64,000 bases of DNA from Nemertoderma westbladi (taxonomy: Eukaryota > Animalia > Xenacoelomorpha). A program made the translations under genes and the position numbers. The stretch covers positions 1 through 64,000 of the forward strand of contig JAUCBJ010007236.1 in the NCBI GenBank assembly GCA_032718475.1, read 5' to 3'. Of the stretch, positions 52,101-64,000 are shown piece after piece (the stretch's first letter is position 1; each line of letters starts with the position of its first letter). Below the pieces are notes generated by a model. That model was not told the DNA's origin. It did not search any database and was given only the letters and a program-made list of their open reading frames with translations.

Positions 52101-55100
52101 CCTACGTGGTTCCCTACCTCGGTATTTATTCTCCACTCCTGGTTCCCTACCTCGGTATTTATTCTCCACTCCTGGTTCCCTACCTCGGTATTTATTCTCC
52201 TACGTGGTTCCCTACCTCGGTATTTATTCTCCTACGTGGTTCCCTACCTCGGTATTTATTCTCCACTCCTGGTTCCCTACCTCGGTATTTATTCTCCACT
52301 CCTGGTTCCCTACCTCGGTATTTATTCTCCTACGTGGTTCCCTACCTCGGTATTTATTCTCCTACGTGGTTCCCTACCTCGGTATTTATTCTCCACTCCT
52401 GGTTCCCTACCTCGGTATTTATTCTCCACTCCTGGTTCCCTACCTCGGTATTTATTCTCCACTCCTGGTTCCCTACCTCGGTATTTATTCTCCTACGTGG
52501 TTCCCTACCTCGGTATTTATTCTCCACTCTGGTTCCATATCTCGGTATTTATTCTCCACCCTGGTTCCCTACCTCGGTATTTATTCTCCACCCTGGTTCC
52601 CTACCTCGGTATTTATTCTCCACTCCTGGTTCCCTACCTCGGTATTTATTCTCCACTCCTGGTTCCCTACCTCGGTATTTATTCTCCACTCCTGGTTCCC
52701 TACCTCGGTATTTATTCTCCTACGTGGTTCCCTACCTCGGTATTTATTCTCCTACGTGGTTCCCTACCTCGGTATTTATTCTCCACCCTGGTTCCCTACC
52801 TCGGTATTTATTCTCCACTCCTGGTTCCCTACCTCGGTATTTATTCTCCACCCTGGTTCCCTACGTCGGTATTTATTCTCCTACGTGGTTCCCTACCTCG
52901 GTATTTATTCTCCTACGTGGTTCCCTACCTCGGTATTTATTCTCCACCCTGGTTCCCTACCTCGGTATTTATTCTCCACTCCTGGTTCCCTACCTCGGTA
53001 TTTATTCTCCACTCTGGTTCCCTACCTCGGTATTTATTCTCCTTCGTGGTTCCCTACCTCGGTATTTATTCTCCACTCTGGTTCCCTACCTCGGTATTTA
53101 TTCTCCACTCCTGGTTCCCTACGTCGGTATTTATTCTCCTACGTGGTTCCCTACCTCGGTATTTATTCTCCTACGTGGTTCCCTACCTCGGTATTTATTC
53201 TCCACTCTGGTTCCCTACCTCGGTATTTATTCTCCACTCTGGTTCCCTACCTCGGTATTTATTCTCCTACGTGGTTCCCTACCTCGGTATTTATTCTCCT
53301 ACGTGGTTCCCTACCTCGGTATTTATTCTCCACTCTGGTTCCCTCCTACCTCGGTATTTATTCTCCACTCCTGGTTCCCTCCTACCTCGGTATTTATTCT
53401 CCACTCTGGTTCCCTACCTCGGTATTTATTCTCCACTCCTGGTTCCCTCCTACCTCGGTATTTATTCTCCACCCTGGTTCCCTACCTCGGTATTTATTCT
53501 CCACCCTGGTTCCCTACCTCGGTATTTATTCTCCACTCCTGGTTCCCTACCTCGGTATTTATTCTCCACTTTGGTTCCCTACCTCGGTATTTATTCTCCA
53601 CCCTGGTTCCCTACCTCGGTATTTATTCTCCACTCCTGGTTCCCTACCTCGGTATTTATTCTCCACTCTGGTTCCCTACCTCGGTATTTATTCTCCTTCG
53701 TGGTTCCCTACCTCGGTATTTATTCTCCACTCTGGTTCCCTACCTCGGTATTTATTCTCCACTCCTGGTTCCCTACGTCGGTATTTATTCTCCTACGTGG
53801 TTCCCTACCTCGGTATTTATTCTCCTACGTGGTTCCCTACCTCGGTATTTATTCTCCACTCTGGTTCCCTACCTCGGTATTTATTCTCCACTCTGGTTCC
53901 CTACCTCGGTATTTATTCTCCTACGTGGTTCCCTACCTCGGTATTTATTCTCCTACGTGGTTCCCTACCTCGGTATTTATTCTCCACCCTGGTTCCCTAC
54001 CTCGGTATTTATTCTCCACTCTGGTTCCCTACCTCGGTATTTATTCTCCTACGTGGTTCCCTACCTCGGTATTTATTCTCCACCCTGGTTCCCTACCTCG
54101 GTATTTATTCTCCACCCTGGTTCCCTACCTCGGTATTTATTCTCCACTCATGGTTCCCTACCTCGGTATTTCTTCTCCACTCTGGTTCCCTACCTCGGTA
54201 TTTATTCTCCACTCCTGGTTCCCTACCTCGGTATTTATTCTCCACTCCTGGTTCCCTACCTCGGTATTTATTCTCCTACGTGGTTCCCTACCTCGGTATT
54301 TATTCTCCACCCTGGTTCCCTACCTCGGTATTTATTCTCCACTCCTGGTTCCCTACCTCGGTATTTATTCTCCTACGTGGTTCCCTACCTCGGTATTTAT
54401 TCTCCACCCTGGTTCCCTACCTCGGTATTTATTCTCCACTCCTGGTTCCCTACCTCGGTATTTATTCTCCACCCTGGTTCCCTACCTCGGTATTTATTCT
54501 CCACTCCTGGTTCCCTACCTCGGTATTTATTCTCCTACGTGGTTCCCTACCTCGGTATTTATTCTCCACCCTGGTTCCCTACCTCGGTATTTATTCTCCA
54601 CTCCTGGTTCCCTACCTCGGTATTTATTCTCCTACGTGGTTCCCTACCTCGGTATTTATTCTCCACCCTGGTTCCCTACCTCGGTATTTATTCTCCACCC
54701 TGGTTCCCTACCTCGGTATTTATTCTCCACTCCTGGTTCCCTACCTCGGTATTTATTCTCCACCCTGGTTCCCTACGTCGGTATTTATTCTCCTACGTGG
54801 TTCCCTACCTCGGTATTTATTCTCCTACGTGGTTCCCTACCTCGGTATTTATTCTCCTACGTGGTTCCCTACCTCGGTATTTATTCTCCACCCTGGTTCC
54901 CTACCTCGGTATTTATTCTCCTACGTGGTTCCCTACCTCGGTATTTATTCTCCACCCTGGTTCCCTACCTCGGTATTTATTCTCCACCCTGATTCCCTAC
55001 CTCGGTATTTATTCTCCACCCTGGTTCCCTACCTCGGTATTTATTCTCCACTCCTGGTTCCCTACCTCGGTATTTATTCTCCACTCTGGTTCCCTCCTAC

Positions 55101-58100
55101 CTCGGTATTTATTCTCCACTCTGGTTCCCTACCTCGGTATTTATTCTCCACTCTGGTTCCCTACCTCGGTATTTATTCTCCACTCCTGGTTCCCTACCTC
55201 GGTATTTATTCTCCACTCCTGGTTCCCTACCTCGGTATTTATTCTCCACCCTGGTTCCCTACGTCGGTATTTATTCTCCTACGTGGTTCCCTACCTCGGT
55301 ATTTATTCTCCACCCTGGTTCCCTACCTCGGTATTTATTCTCCACCCTGGTTCCCTACCTCGGTATTTATTCTCCACTCCTGGTTCCCTACCTCGGTATT
55401 TATTCTCCACTCCTGGTTCCCTACCTCGGTATTTATTCTCCTACGTGGTTCCCTACCTCGGTATTTATTCTCCACCCTGGTTCCCTACCTCGGTATTTAT
55501 TCTCCACCCTGGTTCCCTACCTCGGTATTTATTCTCAACTCTGGTTCCCTACCTCGGTATTTATTCTCCACCCTGGTTCCCTACCTCGGTATTTATTCTC
55601 CACTCCTGGTTCCCTACCTCGGTATTTATTCTCCACTCCTGGTTCCCTACCTCGGTATTTATTCTCCACCCTGGTTCCCTACGTCGGTATTTATTCTCCT
55701 ACGTGGTTCCCTACCTCGGTATTTATTCTCCACCCTGGTTCCCTACCTCGGTATTTATTCTCCACCCTGGTTCCCTACCTCGGTATTTATTCTCCACTCC
55801 TGGTTCCCTACCTCGGTATTTATTCTCCACTCCTGGTTCCCTACCTCGGTATTTATTCTCCTACGTGGTTCCCTACCTCGGTATTTATTCTCCACCCTGG
55901 TTCCCTACCTCGGTATTTATTCTCCACCCTGGTTCCCTACCTCGGTATTTATTCTCCACTCTGGTTCCCTACCTCGGTATTTATTCTCCACTCTGGTTCC
56001 CTACCTCGGTATTTATTCTCCACCCTGGTTCCCTACCTCGGTATTTATTCTCCACCCTGGTTCCCTACGTCGGTATTTATTCTCCTACGTGGTTCCCTAC
56101 CTCGGTATTTATTCTCCTACGTGGTTCCCTACCTCGGTATTTATTCTCCACCCTGGTTCCCTACCTCGGTATTTATTCTCCACTCTGGTTCCCTATCTCG
56201 GTATTTATTCTCCACCCTGGTTCCCTACCTCGGTATTTATTCTCCACCCTGGTTCCCTACCTCGGTATTTATTCTCCACTCCTGGTTCCCTACCTCGGTA
56301 TTTATTCTCCTACGTGGTTCCCTACCTCGGTATTTATTCTCCACTCTGGTTCCCTACCTCGGTATTTATTCTCCACCCTGGTTCCCTACCTCGGTATTTA
56401 TTCTCCACTCCTGGTTCCCTCCTACCTCGGTATTTATTCTCCACCCTGGTTCCCTACCTCGGTATTTATTCTCCACTCTGGTTCCCTACCTCGGTATTTA
56501 TTCTCCTACGTGGTTCCCTACCTCGGTATTTATTCTCCTACGTGGTTCCCTACCTCGGTATTTATTCTCCACTCCTGGTTCCCTACCTCGGTATTTATTC
56601 TCCACCCTGGTTCCCTACCTCGGTATTTATTCTCCACCCTGGTTCCCTACCTCGGTATTTATTCTCCACCCTGGTTCCCTACCTCGGTATTTATTCTCCA
56701 CTCCTGGTTCCCTACCTCGGTATTTATTCTCCACCCTGGTTCCCTACCTCGGTATTTATTCTCCACCCTGGTTCCCTACCTCGGTATTTATTCTCCACCC
56801 TGGTTCCCTACCTCGGTATTTATTCTCCACCCTGGTTCCCTACCTCGGTATTTATTCTCCACCCTCGTTCCCTACCTCGGTATTTATTCTCCACCCTGGT
56901 TCCCTACCTCGGTATTTATTCTCCACTCCTGGTTCCCTACCTCGGTATTTATTCTCCTACGTGGTTCCCTACCTCGGTATTTATTCTCCTTCGTGGTTCC
57001 CTACCTCGGTATTTATTCTCCACTCCTGGTTCCCTACCTCGGTATTTATTCTCCACTCCTGGTTCCCTACCTCGGTATTTATTCTCCACTCTGGTTCCCT
57101 ACCTCGATATTTATTCTCCACTCCTGGTTCCCTACCTCGGTATTTATTCTCCACTCATGGTTCCCTACCTCGGTATTTATTCTCCACTCCTGGTTCCCTA
57201 CACCTCGGTATTTACTCTCCACCCTGGTTCCCTACCTCGGTATTTATTCTCCTTCCTGGTTCCCTACCTCGGTATTTATTCTCCACCCTGGTTCCCTACC
57301 TCGGTATTTATTCTCCTACGTGGTTCCCTACCTCGGTATTTATTCTCCTACGTGGTTCCCTACCTCGGTATTTATTCTCCACCCTGGTTCCCTACCTCGG
57401 TATTTATTCTCCACCCTGGTTCCCTACCTCGGTATTTATTCTCCTACGTGGTTCCCTACCTCGGTATTTATTCTCCACCCTGGTTCCCTACCTCGGTATT
57501 TATTCTCCACCCTGGTTCCCTACCTCGGTATTTATTCTCCACTCCTGGTTCCCTACCTCGGTATTTATTCTCCACTCCTGGTTCCCTACCTCGGTATTTA
57601 TTCTCCACTCCTGGTTCCCTACCACGGTATTTATTCTCCTCTCCGGGTTCCCTACCTCGGTATTTATTCTCCACCCTGGTTCCCTACCTCGGTATTTATT
57701 CTCCACTCCTGGTTCCCTACCTCGGTATTTATTCTCCACTCTGGTTCCCTACCTCGGTATTTATTCTCCTACGTGGTTCCCTACCTCGGTATTTATTCTC
57801 CACTCTGGTTCCCTACCTCGGTATTTATTCTCCACTCCTGGTTCCCTCCTACCTCGGTATTTATTCTCCACCCTGGTTCCCTACCTCGGTATTTATTCTC
57901 CACCCTGGTTCCTACCTCGGTATTTATTCTCCTACGTGGTTCCCTACCTCGGTATTTATTCTCCACTCTGGTTCCCTACCTCGGTATTTATTCTCCACCC
58001 TGGTTCCCTACCTCGGTATTTATTCTCCTACGTGGTTCCCTACCTCGGTATTTATTCTCCACTCTGGTTCCCTACCTCGGTATTTATTCTCCACTCCTGG

Positions 58101-61100
58101 TTCCCTACCTCGGTATTTATTCTCCACCCTGGTTCCCTACCTCGGTATTTATTCTCCACCCTGGTTCCCTCCTACCTCGGTATTTATTCTCCACCCTGGT
58201 TCCCTACCTCGGTATTTATTCTCCACCCTGGTTCCCTCCTACCTCGGTATTTATTCTCCACTCTGGTTCCCTACCTCGGTATTTATTCTCCACCCTGGTT
58301 CCCTCCTACCTCGGTATTTATTCTCCACCCTGGTGCCCTACCTCGGTATTTATTCTCCTACGTGGTTCCCTACCTCGGTATTTATTCTCCACTCTGGTTC
58401 CCTACCTCGGTATTTATTCTCCACTCATGGTTCCCTACCTCGGTATTTATTATCCACCCTGGTTCCCTACCTCGGTATTTATTCTCCACCCTGGTTCCCT
58501 GCCTCGGTATTTATTCTCCACCCTGGTTCCCTACCTCGGTATTTATTCTCCACCCTGGTTCCCTACCTCGGTATTTATTCTCCACTCCTGGTTCCCTACC
58601 TCGGTATTTATTATCCACCCTGGTTCCCTACCTCGGTATTTATTCTCCACCCTGGTTCCCTGCCTCGGTATTTATTCTCCACCCTGGTTCCCTACCTCGG
58701 TATTTATTCTCCACCCTGGTTCCCTACCTCGGTATTTATTCTCCACTCTGGTTCCCTACCTCGGTATTTATTCTCCACTCTGGTTCCCTACCTCGGTATT
58801 TATTATCCTCCCTGGTTCCCTACCTCGGTATTTATTCTCCACTCATGGTTCCCTACCTCGGTATTTATTCTCCACTCCTGGTTCCCTACCTCGGTATTTA
58901 TTCTCCTACGTGGTTCCCTACCTCGGTATTTATTCTCCACTTCTGGTTCCCTACCTCGGTATTTATTCTCCACTCCTGGTTCCCTACCTCGGTATTTATT
59001 CTCCACTCCTGGTTCCCTACCTCGGTATTTATTCTCCACTCCTGGTTCCCTACCTCGGTATTTATTCTCCACCCTGGTTCCCTACCTCGGTATTTATTCT
59101 CCACCCTGGTTCCCTACCTCGGTATTTATTCTCCACCCTGGTTCCCTACCTCGGTATTTATTCTCCACTCCTGGTTCCCTACCTCGGTATTTATTCTCCA
59201 CCCTGGTTCCCTACCACGGTATTTATTCTCCTCTCCGGGTTCCCTACCTCGGTATTTATTCTCCACCCTGGTTCCCTACCTCGGTATTTATTCTCCACTT
59301 CTGGTTCCCTACCTCGGTATTTATTCTCCTACGTGGTTCCCTACCTCGGTATTTATTCTCCACTCCTGGTTCCCTACCTCGGTATTTATTCTCCACTACT
59401 GGTTCCCTCCTACCTCGGTATTTATTCTCCACTCCTGGTTCCCTACCACGGTATTTATTCTCCTCTCCGGGTTCCCTACCTCGGTATTTATTCTCCACCC
59501 TGGTTCCCTCCTACCTCGGTATTTATTCTCCACCCTGGTTCCCTACCTCGATATTTATTCTCCACCCTGGTTCCCTACCTCGGTATTTATTCTCCACCCT
59601 GGTTCCCTACCTCGGTATTTATTCTCCACCCTGGTTCCCTATCTCGGTATTTATTCTCCTCTCCGGGTTCCCTACCTCGGTATTTATTCTCCACCCTGGT
59701 TCCCTCCTACCTCGGTATTTATTCTCCACCCTGGTTCCCTACCTCGATATTTATTCTCCACCCTGGTTCCCTACCTCGGTATTTATTCTCCTCTCCGGGT
59801 TCCCTACCTCGGTATTTATTCTCCACCCTGGTTCCCTACCTCGGTATTTATTCTCCACTTCTGGTTCCCTACCTCGGTATTTATTCTCCACCCTGGTTCC
59901 CTACCTCGGTATTTATTCTCCTCTCCGGGTTCCCTACCTCGGTATTTATTCTCCACCCTGGTTCCCTCCTACCTCGGTATTTATTCTCCACCCTGGTTCC
60001 CTACCTCGGTATTTATTCTCCACTCTGGTTCCCTACCTCGGTATTTATTCTCCTTCCTGGTTCCCTACCTCGGTATTTATTCTCCTACGTGGTTCCCTAC
60101 CTCGGTATTTATTCTCCACCCTGGTTCCCTACCTCGGTATTTATTCTCCACCCTGGTTCCCTACCTCGGTATTTATTCTCCTTCCTGGTTCCCTACCTCG
60201 GTATTTATTCTCCACCCTGGTTCCCTACCTCGGTATTTATTCTCCTTCGTGGTTCCCTACCTCGGTATTTATTCTCCTTCGTGGTTCCCTACCTCGGTAT
60301 TTATTCTCCACCCTGGTTCCCTGCCTCGGTATTTATTCTCCACCCTGGTTCCCTACCTCGGTATTTATTCTCCACCCTGGTTCCCTACCTCGGTATTTAT
60401 TCTCCACCCTGGTTCCCTACCTCGGTATTTATTCTCCTACGTGGTTCCCTACCTCGGTATTTATTCTCCACCCTGGTTCCCTACCTCGGTATTTATTCTC
60501 CACCCTGGTTCCCTCCTACCTCGGTATTTATTCTCCACCCTGGTTCCCTCCTACCTCGGTATTTATTCTCCACTCTGGTTCCCTACCTCGATATTTATTC
60601 TCCACCCTGGTTCCCTACCTCGGTATTTATTATCCTCCCTGGTTCCCTACCTCGGTATTTATTCTCCACTTCTGGTTCCCTACCTCGGTATTTATTCTCC
60701 TACGTGGTTCCCTACCTCGGTATTTATTCTCCACTCCTGGTTCCCTACCTCGGTATTTATTCTCCACTACTGGTTCCCTCCTACCTCGGTATTTATTCTC
60801 CACTCCTGGTTCCCTACCACGGTATTTATTCTCCTCTCCGGGTTCCCTACCTCGGTATTTATTCTCCACCCTGGTTCCCTCCTACCTCGGTATTTATTCT
60901 CCACCCTGGTTCCCTACCTCGATATTTATTCTCCACCCTGGTTCCCTACCTCGGTATTTATTCTCCACCCTGGTTCCCTACCTCGGTATTTATTCTCCAC
61001 CCTGGTTCCCTATCTCGGTATTTATTCTCCTCTCCGGGTTCCCTACCTCGGTATTTATTCTCCACCCTGGTTCCCTCCTACCTCGGTATTTATTCTCCAC

Positions 61101-64000
61101 CCTGGTTCCCTACCTCGATATTTATTCTCCACCCTGGTTCCCTACCTCGGTATTTATTCTCCTCTCCGGGTTCCCTACCTCGGTATTTATTCTCCACCCT
61201 GGTTCCCTACCTCGGTATTTATTCTCCACTTCTGGTTCCCTACCTCGGTATTTATTCTCCACCCTGGTTCCCTACCTCGGTATTTATTCTCCTCTCCGGG
61301 TTCCCTACCTCGGTATTTATTCTCCACCCTGGTTCCCTCCTACCTCGGTATTTATTCTCCACCCTGGTTCCCTACCTCGGTATTTATTCTCCACTCTGGT
61401 TCCCTACCTCGGTATTTATTCTCCTTCCTGGTTCCCTACCTCGGTATTTATTCTCCTACGTGGTTCCCTACCTCGGTATTTATTCTCCACCCTGGTTCCC
61501 TACCTCGGTATTTATTCTCCACCCTGGTTCCCTACCTCGGTATTTATTCTCCTTCCTGGTTCCCTACCTCGGTATTTATTCTCCACCCTGGTTCCCTACC
61601 TCGGTATTTATTCTCCTTCGTGGTTCCCTACCTCGGTATTTATTCTCCTTCGTGGTTCCCTACCTCGGTATTTATTCTCCACCCTGGTTCCCTGCCTCGG
61701 TATTTATTCTCCACCCTGGTTCCCTACCTCGGTATTTATTCTCCACCCTGGTTCCCTACCTCGGTATTTATTCTCCACCCTGGTTCCCTACCTCGGTATT
61801 TATTCTCCTACGTGGTTCCCTACCTCGGTATTTATTCTCCACCCTGGTTCCCTACCTCGGTATTTATTCTCCACCCTGGTTCCCTCCTACCTCGGTATTT
61901 ATTCTCCACCCTGGTTCCCTCCTACCTCGGTATTTATTCTCCACTCTGGTTCCCTACCTCGATATTTATTCTCCACCCTGGTTCCCTACCTCGGTATTTA
62001 TTCTCCTCTCCTGGTTCCCTACCTCGGTATTTATTCTCCACTCCTGGTTCCCTACCTCGGTATTTATTCTCCACCCTGGTTCCCTACCTCGGTATTTATT
62101 CTCCTACGTGGTTCCCTACCTCGGTATTTATTCTCCACCCTGGTTCCCTACCTCGGTATTTATTCTCCACTTCTGGTTCCCTACCTCGGTATTTATTCTC
62201 CACTTCTGGTTCCCTACCTCGGTATTTATTCTCCACTCCTGGTTCCCTACCTCGGTATTTATTCTCCACTCTGGTTCCCTACCTCGGTATTTATTATCCA
62301 CCCTGGTTCCCTACCTCGGTATTTATTCTCCACCCTGGTTCCCTCCTACCTCGGTATTTATTCTCCACCCTGGTTCCCTACCTCGGTATTTATTCTCCAC
62401 TCCTGGTTCCCTACACCTCGGTATTTACTCTCCACCCTGGTTCCCTACCTCGGTATTTATTCTCCTTCCTGGTTCCCTACCTCGGTATTTATTCTCCTAC
62501 GTGGTTCCCTACCTCGGTATTTATTCTCCACCCTGGTTCCCTACCTCGGTATTTATTCTCCACCCTGGTTCCCTACCTCGGTATTTACTCTCCACCCTGG
62601 TTCCCTACCTCGGTATTTATTCTCCTTCCTGGTTCCCTACCTCGGTATTTATTCTCCTACGTGGTTCCCTACCTCGGTATTTATTCTCCACCCTGGTTCC
62701 CTACCTCGGTATTTATTCTCCACTCCTGGTTCCCTACACCTCGGTATTTACTCTCCACCCTGGTTCCCTACCTCGGTATTTATTCTCCTTCCTGGTTCCC
62801 TACCTCGGTATTTATTCTCCACCCTGGTTCCCTACCTCGGTATTTATTCTCCACCCTGGTTCCCTACCTCGGTATTTATTCTCCACTCTGGTTCCCTACC
62901 TCGGTATTTATTCTCCACCCTGGTTCCCTCCTACCTCGGTATTTATTCTCCACCCTGGTTCCCTACCTCGGTATTTATTCTCCACTCCTGGTTCCCTACA
63001 CCTCGGTATTTACTCTCCACCCTGGTTCCCTACCTCGGTATTTATTCTCCACCCTGGTTCCCTCCTACCTCGGTATTTATTCTCCACCCTGGTTCCCTAC
63101 CTCGTTATTTATTCTCCACTCTGGTTCCCTACCTCGGTATTTATTCTCCTTCCTGGTTCCCTACCTCGGTATTTATTCTCCTACGTGGTTCCCTACCTCG
63201 GTATTTATTCTCCACTCTGGTTCCCTACCTCGGTATTTATTCTCCACCCTCGTTCCCTACCTCGGTATTTATTCTCCACTCATGGTTCCCTCCTACCTCG
63301 GTATTTATTCTCCACTCCTGGGTCCCTACCTCGGTATTTATTCTCCACCCTGGTTCCCTACCTCGGTATTTATTCTCCACCCTGGTTCCCTACCTCGGTA
63401 TTTATTCTCCACTCTGGTTCCCTACCTCGGTATTTATTCTCCACCCTGGTTCCCTACCTCGGTATTTATTCTCCACTCCTGGTTCCCTACCTCGGTATTT
63501 ATTCTCCACCCTGGTTCCCTACCTCGGTATTTATTCTCCACCCTGGTTCCCTACCTCGGTATTTATTCTCCACCCTGGTTCCCTACCTCGGTAGTTATTC
63601 TCCACCCTGGTTCCCTACCTCGGTATTTATTCTCCACCCTGGTTCCCTACCTCGGTATTTATTCTCCACCCTGGTTCCCTACCTCGGTATTTATTCTCCA
63701 CTCCTGGTTCCCTACCACGGTATTTATTCTCCTCTCCGGGTTCCCTACCTCGGTATTTATTCTCCACCCTGGTTCCCTACCTCGGTATTTATTCTCCACC
63801 CTGGTTCCCTACCTCGGTATTTATTCTCCACCCTGGTTCCCTACCTCGGTATTTATTCTCCACTCCTGGTTCCCTACCACGGTATTTATTCTCCTCTCCG
63901 GGTTCCCTACCTCGGTATTTATTCTCCACCCTGGTTCCCTACCTCGGTATTTATTCTCCACCCTGGTTCCCTACCCCGGTATTTATTCTCCACCCTGGTT
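25110..64000 (-). repeat. Giant (>38.9 kb, runs off the window) 32-36-bp minisatellite in the last intron of the minus-strand gene; sense-strand unit GTAGGGAACCAGG(A)GTGGAGAATAAATACCGAG, ~1,200 copies
   Basis: Directly visible. Near-invariant core TTCCCTACCTCGGTATTTATTCTCC (+ strand) and a small set of interspersed variants (ACCCTGG, ACTCCTGG, ACTCTGG, TACGTGG, TCTCCGGG, and a +CCT insertion). Confidence 0.99.

Noticed and set aside
25230-63594. 7,971-aa, 12,274-aa and 1,633-aa ORFs as giant protein genes
   Set aside because: They are overlapping frames of one stop-free minisatellite strand. Units of 32, 33, 35 and 36 bp are mixed with no frame preservation, and no domains are present.
25110-64000. 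CRISPR array (constant ~25-bp core plus variable segment)
   Set aside because: The variable part is only ~7-8 nt drawn from a handful of recurring alleles, not unique spacers. There are no cas genes and the context is eukaryotic.
25110-64000. Telomeric or centromeric satellite
   Set aside because: No TTAGGG/TTAGG repeats, and the unit is explained by local exon sequence. A centromeric role cannot be assessed from sequence alone.

Overview
Eukaryotic genomic DNA, probably from an invertebrate animal, with AT-rich introns. It holds the 3' part of an axonemal outer-arm dynein heavy chain gene (DNAH5/DNAH8, gamma-type) on the + strand: 11 clear GT-AG exons at 7609-23181, one of them 9.16 kb, plus a probable 20-nt microexon at 48-67. 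Convergent with it on the - strand is the last coding exon (24837-24637) of a ricin-B-lectin-domain gene, probably a ppGalNAc-transferase (GALNT). About 47 kb of the 64 kb is tandem repeat in three unrelated arrays: 24 bp x ~310, 46 bp x ~12.5 and 32-36 bp x ~1,200. The main observation is that each unit appears to be a copy of the host gene's own exon end plus its 5' splice site, amplified in place in the sense orientation. The units encode [16 protein letters not shown] and (G)GNQEWRINTE, each joining in frame to the next exon. The 8,000-12,000 aa ORFs in the track are repeat artefacts. Dynein introns also carry an RTE-type LINE fragment and a likely non-autonomous Helitron.
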